DNA of 64,000 bases from Spirochaetia bacterium (GTDB lineage Bacteria; Spirochaetota; Spirochaetia; UBA9216): positions 416,001 through 480,000 of the forward strand of contig OZ223270.1 of NCBI GenBank assembly GCA_965140585.1. Direction: 5' to 3'. Positions 1 to 8,548 of this stretch are shown here, in pieces (position 1 is the first letter of the stretch; each line of letters begins with the position of its first letter). Position numbers and translations under genes: made by a program. The notes below the pieces were generated by a model. The model was not told where the DNA came from and searched no databases. It was given only the letters and a program-made list of their open reading frames with translations.

Positions 1-1
1 T

Positions 2-163
2 GCAATTTTCAGCGGAAAAAAGGCAAAGGGATCAAAGAAAAGCTGGGAAAACGGCACTGAAGTAATTTCTGAAGTACTAAGAAACCCTCTGAAAATATTC
101 AGAGTATTCATACGGCTTTACTACCTGATACTTTTAGTTATCTACAAAATTTCTTCAAAATAA
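2..163 (+). CDS. Partial CDS (3' end), possibly WecB/TagA/CpsF-family glycosyltransferase C-terminus
   Basis: Frame 2 is open from the window edge to TAA at 161-163 (AIFSGKKAKGSKKSWENGTEVISEVLRNPLKIFRVFIRLYYLILLVIYKISSK); resembles the amphipathic tail of TagA-family proteins; convergent with fxsA. Confidence 0.45.
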   Translation, partial: AIFSGKKAKGSKKSWENGTEVISEVLRNPLKIFRVFIRLYYLILLVIYKISSK

Positions 164-171
164 AAACGATC

Positions 172-618
172 CTACTCATACAATCGCATGTATTCATAAG
201 CTTCACGAAGCCGTGGTTCCATATTTCTGGTTATAATACGGCCGGCCAGAGTTCTGATGACAGGGAAAAAACTCAGGGCGCCAATCAAATCGGTAATAAA
301 CCCCGGACAGAGCAGCATTATACCTCCGAAAAGAGCCCCGGCAAGAGAAAGCATTTCTCTCCCCGGATATAAGCCCTCTGCTGATTTTATTTTAATATGC
401 TTAACAATGCCCCGGATATCACGGTATGCAAGAAAAAGACCTGCCAGACCGGTTAGTGCAGCAACGGCAAGGGTGAAATAGATACCCAGAAATTCTCCAA
501 GAAATTGAATTAGCATTATTTCAGCAAGCGGAATTATCGATATAAGAAGCAGCATAAATGCCGATTTCAGGATGAAACCGGTATCCAGCATTTTAAGCAG
601 AAATCTTGTATTCAACAT
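172..618 (-). CDS. fxsA: FxsA family membrane protein
   Basis: IIPLAEI...GGIMLLCPGFITDLIG matches the FxsA signature (LLxPGFxTD). Confidence 0.85.
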   Translation of the reverse strand: MLNTRFLLKMLDTGFILKSAFMLLLISIIPLAEIMLIQFLGEFLGIYFTLAVAALTGLAGLFLAYRDIRGIVKHIKIKSAEGLYPGREMLSLAGALFGGIMLLCPGFITDLIGALSFFPVIRTLAGRIITRNMEPRLREAYEYMRLYE

Positions 619-665
619 AGGAAAAAAGATACCACAGCGTCAGAACTTGGGCAAGCAGGTGCGGA

Positions 666-1319
666 TCAATGAACATCCATATGAGAGGCAGCGGGAATAC
701 ACCAACCGGCATGAGTAGAGGTAAGAATAAAATCTTCAGACTTACAATAATCACCGAGTTTGGATCTAAGCCTGGAAACTGCCATATCAGCAGCTCTGGA
801 GCCGTTTACACGGGTATTTAAGGCAGAATTAAGCAAATCCCGGTTTAAAAAAGTTCCCCGATACATCAGCAGCATCCGTAACACTGTTCGTTCGCTTTTA
901 CTTAGGAATATCCGGCAGGACTGCCTTAGTTCTTTATTATTCAAATGAATAAATCCTGAGGGCTTCAGATGTAACTCCCAGCCGGTCAAATAAAGTTTTT
1001 CTCTATCCAGCAGTTTACCGCATCTGGCAGTAAGTTCATCAGGAGTCCATGGCTCACATAAATAATCTGCAGCCCCGGCTGACATCGCAGCGCTTATATA
1101 TTCATGGGGTCCGTATAGAATAACCGGGTTTAAGATCGCAAAAGATTCCGGTAAAGTCTTAAAGGCTGCAGTATTTAGAATATAAACAGAATATTTTTTC
1201 TTAAAATCGGGCTTTTCAGTAAAAAAAAACTGTATAGCCGGAAAACTCCGAATATACAGTTCTATTTTAGTCTTTGTTAATACGCTGCAGCCGGAAATAT
1301 TAATCCTTGCAGCATCCAA
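666..1319 (-). CDS. OmpR-like winged-helix regulator with degenerate receiver domain
   Basis: AMSAGAADYLCEPWTPDELTAR (receiver C-terminal part) plus LSKSERTVLRML...SRAADMAVSRLRSKL (Trans_reg_C); acidic pocket not recognisable. Confidence 0.65.
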   Translation of the reverse strand: MDAARINISGCSVLTKTKIELYIRSFPAIQFFFTEKPDFKKKYSVYILNTAAFKTLPESFAILNPVILYGPHEYISAAMSAGAADYLCEPWTPDELTARCGKLLDREKLYLTGWELHLKPSGFIHLNNKELRQSCRIFLSKSERTVLRMLLMYRGTFLNRDLLNSALNTRVNGSRAADMAVSRLRSKLGDYCKSEDFILTSTHAGWCIPAASHMDVH

Positions 1320-1325
1320 AACGAA

Positions 1326-1877
1326 TTATCCCAGAAAAACCTGTCCGGAATTATCTATCGCAAGGATTGTTCTGCATTCAGAACATCTGAACCGGCCGGC
1401 TCTGGTTGCACGAAGTCTTCTTGAACAAATGGGACACTGAAAAATCTTTGGAAAGACATCAGAGTTTCTAGTACCGCCATTTGCACCGAAAAAGTCAACA
1501 GCCTCATTAAGATTATCCTTGATATTAAAAAACTGGGAAAACCCTAAGAGCTGGAATACTTCATAAACCTTAGGCTGAATCTCAAGCAGAACGAGGTCTC
1601 CGCCTCTCGGCCTTACTGCCTTTAGAAATGCAGTAAAAGAACCTATACCGGTACTTGAAACGTAGTTAAGCCCGCTGCAATTAAAGATAAGTTTTGTAAA
1701 ACCGGCTTCAATGGCCTTTGTAACTCTTTTCTGAAAGAAGTTAGAGTTATAAGTATCAATATATCCTGTCAGAAAAAGAACAAGACATCCTTCAACACCT
1801 TCGACACTCTGAAGTTTAATTCGGAGACTGTCATCTTTTTCTTCATCAAATCCGGTTACTATATCATTATTACTCAT
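1326..1877 (-). CDS. STAS-domain anti-sigma factor antagonist with C-terminal Zn ribbon
   Basis: GYIDTYNS, LNYVSSTGIG (phospho-Ser motif), VFQLLGF; CPIC...CSEC at the C-terminus. Confidence 0.85.
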   Translation of the reverse strand: MSNNDIVTGFDEEKDDSLRIKLQSVEGVEGCLVLFLTGYIDTYNSNFFQKRVTKAIEAGFTKLIFNCSGLNYVSSTGIGSFTAFLKAVRPRGGDLVLLEIQPKVYEVFQLLGFSQFFNIKDNLNEAVDFFGANGGTRNSDVFPKIFQCPICSRRLRATRAGRFRCSECRTILAIDNSGQVFLG

Positions 1878-2030
1878 TGTTCCTCAACCCGTGTATAATT
1901 TTATCAGTCAAATCATAGTTTTTCAATACGATATTAAATTTATACTATATGATCGGATAGTTTTTCAAGAAATTTATAATTTATTTTTAATTTCTTGACC
2001 GATATGCCTTTAAATTTTAAAATTACGGTA

Positions 2031-2507
2031 ATGAAAAAGCAAGCAATAAAAATATCAGCAGTTTTTTTCATCTTCATGGTTTTGACATGTTTTACGGTCG
2101 CAGCCGATCCTGCCGTCAATATGGCAGATCTTTCGATAACTATCAAGACCCTTGCAGATGCCGTAGCCGCTGGCAGCCCGCCTGAACCCGGAACACAGGT
2201 AATCCTGAACGGAACAGCAATATCAAGAATGGTTATAGAACCGGATCCTGCTAATTTTACCGGGCAGATTATTCTGGCAAACGGCAGCTGGATTAACTCA
2301 GATCAGGTTGTTATGAATAAATGCATAGTTCTACTTTCAGGAGCCGAATTTTCAAAGACAATTCCTGTAAGACGTTCCAGAACCGTTGATCCTGAAGAAA
2401 TCGTATTAAATTCAGAAATACTGATAGCCGGTTATTTTGCAGGCACCGCCGAAACAGAGGAAGGTCTTCTTCCGGTTGTTGTGGCTACCGGAATACGAAA
2501 ACTGTAA
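2031..2507 (+). CDS. Hypothetical exported protein
   Basis: ATG at 2031 gives MKKQAIK + hydrophobic stretch + VAA signal peptide; ORF track start at 1995 probably too early. Confidence 0.6.
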   Translation: MKKQAIKISAVFFIFMVLTCFTVAADPAVNMADLSITIKTLADAVAAGSPPEPGTQVILNGTAISRMVIEPDPANFTGQIILANGSWINSDQVVMNKCIVLLSGAEFSKTIPVRRSRTVDPEEIVLNSEILIAGYFAGTAETEEGLLPVVVATGIRKL

Positions 2508-2513
2508 GAACAC

Positions 2514-3653
2514 TCAGAAAATAATATCTGCCGCTAAAATCTTTTCTTTTTCAGCGGAACAGGCGCTTCTTAAAATAACATTATATAATTCTCTGACATT
2601 ACCGGGCCAGTCGTAATCAAAAAGGATTTCATATCCGCTGTCACTCATTGTTACGTTCAATTGTAGAGCATCACTGATTTCAGAAAGAAAGCATTCAACA
2701 AGATCCGGTATATCCTCAATTCGCTCACGCAGCGGAGGAATATGCAGAACCAGGACCTTTATACGATGAAGCAGGTCCAGGCGGAAATTGCCATTTTTTA
2801 CCTCTTCATCAAGATTCCTGTTAGTTGCAGAAATAAGCCTCACATCAACAGGAATCTCATTGTTTCCTCCGATCCTCTTAATGGTTTTTGTCTCAAGGGT
2901 TCTTAAAAATTCAACCTGCAGGGAAATATCAAGTTCTCCTATTTCATCAAGAAAAAGGCTGCCTTTATTCGCATGCTCAAAACAGCCCTTTCTTTTAACT
3001 GCACCTGTGAATGCTCCTGGTTCGGAGCCAAAGAGCTCTGTTCCGCAAATTCCTGAAGGAATAGCTCCGGCATTTAATGCATGAAATTTTTTCCTGGAAC
3101 GTTGTGAATAGTCATGAATCAACCCAGCAACCAGTTCTTTTCCGGTACCGCTTTCACCTGTTATCAGCACTGGTGCAGGAAATTTTGCCAGTTTTATAAT
3201 ATCAAGCTTTAATTTCCTGATAGCCGGAGATTTTCCGATAATACGATCAATCTCCTTACCGGAAGAGTTCAGTATCTCATATCTTCCGCTGCACAGAACC
3301 CCGCCGAGAATCAATCTAAAAGTTTCCTGCAGACGCTCCAGATCATCAGGAATAATCAAATAATCAAGAACTCCCTCTTTCAGCAGTTTTACACCTGCTT
3401 TAGTATCCGGATTTCTTGTAAGGCATACAATCGGCGGCTGAGCAAAATATCTGCATGTTTTTCTAATAATCTTTATACAGCTGAGGACATCAACAACGGT
3501 TCCAGCCGCGATTAAATCAAACTCCCCGTCATCAATCAAGTTCAGGCCTTCCTGAAAAGATCTGACGGTTGTTACTATAAAATCCGCCGGAATAAAAGTC
3601 TGGAACAGCACACTGTCATTAAGATTACTCTCAATGTGTAATACTCTAATCAT
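2514..3653 (-). CDS. Sigma-54 enhancer-binding protein (receiver-like + AAA+), no C-terminal HTH
   Basis: Walker A GESGTGKE, GAFTGA, Walker B LFLDEIGE, WPGNVREL; ends at ILAADIIF. Confidence 0.85.
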   Translation of the reverse strand: MIRVLHIESNLNDSVLFQTFIPADFIVTTVRSFQEGLNLIDDGEFDLIAAGTVVDVLSCIKIIRKTCRYFAQPPIVCLTRNPDTKAGVKLLKEGVLDYLIIPDDLERLQETFRLILGGVLCSGRYEILNSSGKEIDRIIGKSPAIRKLKLDIIKLAKFPAPVLITGESGTGKELVAGLIHDYSQRSRKKFHALNAGAIPSGICGTELFGSEPGAFTGAVKRKGCFEHANKGSLFLDEIGELDISLQVEFLRTLETKTIKRIGGNNEIPVDVRLISATNRNLDEEVKNGNFRLDLLHRIKVLVLHIPPLRERIEDIPDLVECFLSEISDALQLNVTMSDSGYEILFDYDWPGNVRELYNVILRSACSAEKEKILAADIIF

Positions 3654-3761
3654 TTTAAATACAGTTTTTACAATTTAATATTATTTTATGTGTGCTATTC
3701 TAAATTGAAAAGATTAATCCTGCAAGGATTTTCATAATTCAGGCATACCACTTTGTGGGTA

Positions 3762-4091
3762 TCAGTTCAATTTTACAGCAGTTCCATAAATAAGGAACTC
3801 TGCAGCCCCCTGCATCATACTGGTAGTAGCAAATTTCAAACCGACTATAGCATCTGCACCCAGAGATTCAGCATCTTCAATCAGCCTGTCTATTGCCTGC
3901 TCACGGGACTCTGCCATCATTTTTGTATAATCGGTAATTTCACCGCCAACGATGTTTTTAAATCCGGCCATAATATCTTTGCCCATGTGGCGGGCTCGGA
4001 TAGTATTTCCCCGGACAAGCCCGAAAACCTTTACGATTTCTCTTCCGGGAACAGAATCAGTAGTTACAAGAATCATTCCGCTATCGCTCAT
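3762..4091 (-). CDS. YbjQ family (UPF0145) protein
   Basis: VTTDSVPG...GLVRGNT...KNIVGGEI.DY...AESLGADAIVG...YGTAVK. Confidence 0.9.
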   Translation of the reverse strand: MSDSGMILVTTDSVPGREIVKVFGLVRGNTIRARHMGKDIMAGFKNIVGGEITDYTKMMAESREQAIDRLIEDAESLGADAIVGLKFATTSMMQGAAEFLIYGTAVKLN

Positions 4092-4522
4092 TTAATAATC
4101 TCCCTGTATTTATCAGTCTTTCTTTCATTAATCCTGTCTGTCAACGCTGTTAAAAATAAGACTATAACGGAAACGATAGAACCTGCAACCAGTATTTTTA
4201 TGAAAATTCCTTCAGTGTTATCCGTAAAAAACATAAAAAGCAGGTAGGCTATTATTAACAGATTAAAGCCCAGTACCATAAAAAATCCTAATCGACTTGT
4301 AAATTTGCGTTTTCTGCTTTTATAAAGTTTTTCCAACCACTCATCCTGCGGTGGTGCCGGAGTAAAACCGCTTAACTGTTTTTTCAGCTTCAGCATTGAT
4401 TTATACTCTTCACGACATATATAACATGATTCTATATGATCTACGACTTCAGATATTTCACTTTCTTCCAGTTCATTATCGATAAGTGCCTGAGTTTTTA
4501 ATTTTGCTTCATCACAATTCAT
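4088..4522 (-). CDS. Zinc-finger (zf-HC2) membrane anti-sigma factor
   Basis: MNCDE...IDNEL...HIESCYIC (HxxxCxxC), two C-terminal TM helices; start overlaps the sigma stop. Confidence 0.85.
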   Translation of the reverse strand: MNCDEAKLKTQALIDNELEESEISEVVDHIESCYICREEYKSMLKLKKQLSGFTPAPPQDEWLEKLYKSRKRKFTSRLGFFMVLGFNLLIIAYLLFMFFTDNTEGIFIKILVAGSIVSVIVLFLTALTDRINERKTDKYREIIK

Positions 4523-5015
4523 ATTCTGCCTCCAGTTTGCTTTTAAGTAGTTTTCTGGCATTGTAGAGCCTGGACATAACAGTCCCCTTTGGAATATCCA
4601 GAATATCTGCTATTTCTTCATATGAGCATTCATCAAAATGTTTCAGAATTATTATTTCGCGATGCTGAGGAGGAAGAGACATAACTGCCTTGTATATCTC
4701 TCGTTTTGACTCATCTCTAACCGCAGAGTCCTCAACTGAATCACGGCCTCTGCATAAATCGGGAAATTCCAGACTTGTTTCTGAGCTTGATTTCTTTTTG
4801 CTTCTATTTATACATAAATTCTTTGTAATTCTGTACAGCCATGGAAAGACCGGTCTGGACTGATCAAAGTTTTTAAAGTTACGCCAGGCTCTGTAAAACA
4901 CTTCCTGAGTAATATCAGCTGCATCCTCACGATTAAAAACCATTCTGCACGCTGCCGCATAGACTCTCCGGTCATAGGCTCTGAATATACTTATAAATGC
5001 ATCTCTGTCGCTCAT
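4512..5015 (-). CDS. ECF RNA polymerase sigma factor
   Basis: DAADITQEVF, WLYRITKN (region 2); SYEEIADILDIPKGTVMSRLYNAR (region 4). Confidence 0.92.
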   Translation of the reverse strand: MSDRDAFISIFRAYDRRVYAAACRMVFNREDAADITQEVFYRAWRNFKNFDQSRPVFPWLYRITKNLCINRSKKKSSSETSLEFPDLCRGRDSVEDSAVRDESKREIYKAVMSLPPQHREIIILKHFDECSYEEIADILDIPKGTVMSRLYNARKLLKSKLEAEYEL

Positions 5016-5106
5016 ACCTTATTATACACAGTTACAGACATGGAATATTCATTTTTTTTCCGGCATTCTTGCAATATGAATACCGGCATGATAAAATTCA
5101 CTAATC

Positions 5107-6048
5107 ATGAATAAAACTCTGTTACTGCCTTTTAAATTTATTCTAATTTTCGTTATCAGTATGGCAGTATTATGCCTTTTTATAATACTTCAGCGCTGGG
5201 GGATTAATACATCTCCTGATATTAACTTCCGTGTAAACCTTATTTATTATCTTCCCGGAGCTCTGAAAAGCAGTCTATTCCCCAGCCTCTCTACCGCAGT
5301 AATTCTTACAGTTTTTGACGACCCCAAAAACAGTGGAAGGTTTTTATCTATTATAATTATAGCCGTTTTGTCATTTCTTATATTATTTTTCGGGTTTAAA
5401 ACAATTTCTCTTATTCAGGAAACTTCCACAGGGTACAGCTATCAACCGCTTCAGGCCGGTAAATTGCTGAGTACTGAGGAGGGTATTATCTATACTTCAT
5501 CTGTTTCTGACAGCGGTTATTCAGGTGTTATTACCAGAAAACCCGGCCCGCAGAACCTTTTTCAATATTATCAGTCCGGATATATTAATCCTGAGAATAC
5601 TGAAAAAATCATCCTTGATAACAACACATTTTTTGATATTGAACCCAGAAATCCTGAATATAATAATGTATTTAAATCAAGAGGTCTTTTAATGCAGTAT
5701 TTTGGCGACCTCGAGTTCGTAACCGAATCTATTTATAAAACTGAAAGTTCAGGCAATAAAGATTTTATATTTATATCTGCAGCTTTCAGCTTATTTTTAG
5801 CCGTATGCCTGCTATTTCTTAATATTACAATCTGGCCGATGTTTAATATTATGCTGATCCTTTTTATCCATCGAATGGGATATTATATCTTCAGACTGTT
5901 TTCATCTGAACTGGATTTTATTACTGACACTTTTTTCGGAGGTAACATTCCATTTAATCTTCCGCTGATAACAATACTGGCAATATCGGTACTTATTTTG
6001 ATAGTCGGTGTTTTGTTCAGACCATATAAAATAAAGAGGAACAACTGA
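5107..6048 (+). CDS. Integral membrane protein, 3TM-soluble domain-3TM (LptF/G-like architecture)
   Basis: Three hydrophobic segments either side of a hydrophilic domain; coupled to the next gene. Confidence 0.55.
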   Translation: MNKTLLLPFKFILIFVISMAVLCLFIILQRWGINTSPDINFRVNLIYYLPGALKSSLFPSLSTAVILTVFDDPKNSGRFLSIIIIAVLSFLILFFGFKTISLIQETSTGYSYQPLQAGKLLSTEEGIIYTSSVSDSGYSGVITRKPGPQNLFQYYQSGYINPENTEKIILDNNTFFDIEPRNPEYNNVFKSRGLLMQYFGDLEFVTESIYKTESSGNKDFIFISAAFSLFLAVCLLFLNITIWPMFNIMLILFIHRMGYYIFRLFSSELDFITDTFFGGNIPFNLPLITILAISVLILIVGVLFRPYKIKRNN

Positions 6049-6049
6049 T

Positions 6050-7768
6050 ATGAAAATGTCGCTTCCTAAACGCTTTCTTATTATCAGTATTTCATGCTAT
6101 GCTGCTGCGTTTTTTCTTTTGATCGCCGTCAGTTTTTTCCAGTTTGCTCCGAAAGAAATTGATACAAGCTTCCGATCTGTATGGGTTTTCAATAACAGTA
6201 TGCTTCTGTTCTTTAATAATCTGATATCTATACAGGGCCTTGCGGTTCTTCTTACTTTTTCTGTCTTCTACCCTACCGGAGAATACGGAATAAAAGCCCT
6301 TACATTAAAAGCATTTAATCAGACCGTCACAATAATTATTGTTATCCTGCTCTGTTTTACCGCACTGTTTTTTACCGGTAATGAAATATTCAAACCGGGA
6401 ATATATTCACGACTGGACCTGCTGAAAATCCAGACGGAAACCAGCAGAACCTATTATGAGCAGGCTTTGAACTACCGGGAAGATAACGAACTTGTAAAAG
6501 CAAGGGAGATGATTGAAAGATTTCTTGCTGTAAAGCCGGAAGATACCGCCGGAGAAGAACTTTATGATGATATCATCGAAAGGATAAATATCCAGTTTGC
6601 GGAATCATCAGATGAAGACACTATAAGACCCGGTACCATCGAAACATCTGAATTAACCTACGATCAGGCTGTTCTGCTGGCAAGAAATTACCTTAAAAAA
6701 GATGATTTTTACTCAGCCTACTATTATGCCTCTATTGCTTCAGGGTTATCAAACTCTCCGAAAGAAGCGAAAGAACTTTCTGCACAAGCATGGATCGGGC
6801 TCTCTGAAGAGGCTCCCGACAGGGAGGAAGAAGAGGAGTACCAGCTTTTCAGCCGGAAAAAACATGGTGCAGAACTACTTCTCAGCGGACGGGCGATTGA
6901 TGCATATTATCTTTATAAGGAACTTTCAGTTGATTATCCCAATGATCCCGATGTAATCAAGTATTTAAGGGAAAGCCTGTCTGCTGCTGTTAAGTTAACC
7001 TATTTTACTGACGACGCCGCAACTGCCCTGAAATTTCCAGGAATTATTGATATCTGCTTTATCAACTACAGCGACGAAACAGAAAAAGAAATTATTTATA
7101 TTGAAAAAATGGTCAGGACTGCAGAGGGAATCTTCTATAAAGGGATAGAAGTACTTGATTTTAAAAGAGGCTCCGGAATTACCGGTCATTTCACTGCGCT
7201 TTACGGCAAAGCCGTCGGGGACCATATTGTCCTCAACGGAATAGACAGGGAAAACCCCAATATACGGGTTTATCCGGAGTATTTGGTAACTGATAAAATG
7301 CCGGAGATGTATAACACACTTAAACTATATCCTGCCCCCGAGCAGCTTCGAGGCTTAAGCGCCGATAAGAACATCTATAAAAAGCTGAACCTGCCTGAGC
7401 TTCTGGAATTTGAAAAAACAGTTGGCAGCTACGGATGGAATTCTCAGCAGATATATTTTGAAATATTCACGCGGATTCTTAATCCCTGCGGTTTTCTTCT
7501 TTTTTCTTTCCTAATGATTGCACTCGGATGGAAGTACAGAAGGGCACAGCGAAAATTCCCTCTTGCATCGTTTATACTGCTGCCGATAACAGTTTATATC
7601 ACTTACCTGGCAGCGGAAACTTATACATTTACTATAAATACTATCGGAGCCTTCATGCTGCTCAGATTCGGAAGTACCTTTTCAATTGCTTTAACTGCGG
7701 TCAGCCAGGTTCTGCTGCTTTTAATCACATTCCTGATGATTTCCGGACTTAACTTAAAGGATGATTGA
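6050..7768 (+). CDS. Integral membrane protein with TPR-like periplasmic region, LptF/G-like C-terminus
   Basis: 3 N-terminal TMs, TPR-like helices (YYEQALNY..., YDQAVLLARNYL...), RILNPCGFLLFSFLMIALGWKYR then further TMs. Confidence 0.55.
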   Translation: MKMSLPKRFLIISISCYAAAFFLLIAVSFFQFAPKEIDTSFRSVWVFNNSMLLFFNNLISIQGLAVLLTFSVFYPTGEYGIKALTLKAFNQTVTIIIVILLCFTALFFTGNEIFKPGIYSRLDLLKIQTETSRTYYEQALNYREDNELVKAREMIERFLAVKPEDTAGEELYDDIIERINIQFAESSDEDTIRPGTIETSELTYDQAVLLARNYLKKDDFYSAYYYASIASGLSNSPKEAKELSAQAWIGLSEEAPDREEEEEYQLFSRKKHGAELLLSGRAIDAYYLYKELSVDYPNDPDVIKYLRESLSAAVKLTYFTDDAATALKFPGIIDICFINYSDETEKEIIYIEKMVRTAEGIFYKGIEVLDFKRGSGITGHFTALYGKAVGDHIVLNGIDRENPNIRVYPEYLVTDKMPEMYNTLKLYPAPEQLRGLSADKNIYKKLNLPELLEFEKTVGSYGWNSQQIYFEIFTRILNPCGFLLFSFLMIALGWKYRRAQRKFPLASFILLPITVYITYLAAETYTFTINTIGAFMLLRFGSTFSIALTAVSQVLLLLITFLMISGLNLKDD

Positions 7769-8525
7769 CTCCCTGTTTAAAAAACATATCCTCAAAATTG
7801 CACTGCCTCTGATCGGAGTTATTTCAGGGCTGGGAATCTTCGGAATAATTTTCGGCCTGATAGCCGGTGTTTTTCTGGATACATTATTGTACGGCCTGAT
7901 ACAGAAAAACCGGATACTGCAGAAGTACACCCGGATAAGCCCTGATTCGGAATACGATAATGAAACCCTGAGACTGTCAGCATCCTATGTATTATGGGCT
8001 GTTTACAGTTTCAGCGGAATTCCTGATTCAGCCATTCAATACAGCACCCGGGAATTGTCTGATAGGATATCAATAGATGCAATCCACAATCTTGAAACAC
8101 TAAAATATAAATTCAATGATGGGCAGAGCCTGCAAATAGCTGAATATTTCGGTAATCATGCAAATAAAGCTATCAAACGAACGATTGTAGAGCATCTGGG
8201 AGGCGCAGGATGGGCCAGTGTGATTACAAGAGCACCATCAATAAATAAGTCAAATATGGTGCTTAAAATAATTCATCTCGCAGGGTTAAGCAAATTAATT
8301 CTTGAAAGTCAAAACAGCGATAAAATAGAGGATGACTACCTGATACTCGGGCTTTCACCAGAAGCCGGCTGTGATGAAATAAAGAAGGTCTATCACCGGC
8401 TGGCTACAGAGTTTCATCCAGACAACAGCCATGGCCTCACCGAAACGGAAATAGAACTGAAGACAAAAGCCTTTATAAGGATAAAAGAAGCCTGCGACAG
8501 GCTTCTGGAGATATGCGATGAATGA
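7761..8525 (+). CDS. DjlA-like membrane-anchored J-domain co-chaperone
   Basis: N-terminal Gly-rich TM; C-terminal YLILGL...IKKVYHRLATEFHPD. Confidence 0.8.
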   Translation: MIDSLFKKHILKIALPLIGVISGLGIFGIIFGLIAGVFLDTLLYGLIQKNRILQKYTRISPDSEYDNETLRLSASYVLWAVYSFSGIPDSAIQYSTRELSDRISIDAIHNLETLKYKFNDGQSLQIAEYFGNHANKAIKRTIVEHLGGAGWASVITRAPSINKSNMVLKIIHLAGLSKLILESQNSDKIEDDYLILGLSPEAGCDEIKKVYHRLATEFHPDNSHGLTETEIELKTKAFIRIKEACDRLLEICDE

Positions 8526-8547
8526 ACCAGGAGCCTTAGCCCTGGTT
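8525..8547. terminator. Hairpin between convergent genes, possible bidirectional terminator
   Basis: aaccagg(8525-8531)...cctggtt(8541-8547) inverted repeat. Confidence 0.45.
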
Positions 8548-8548
8548 T

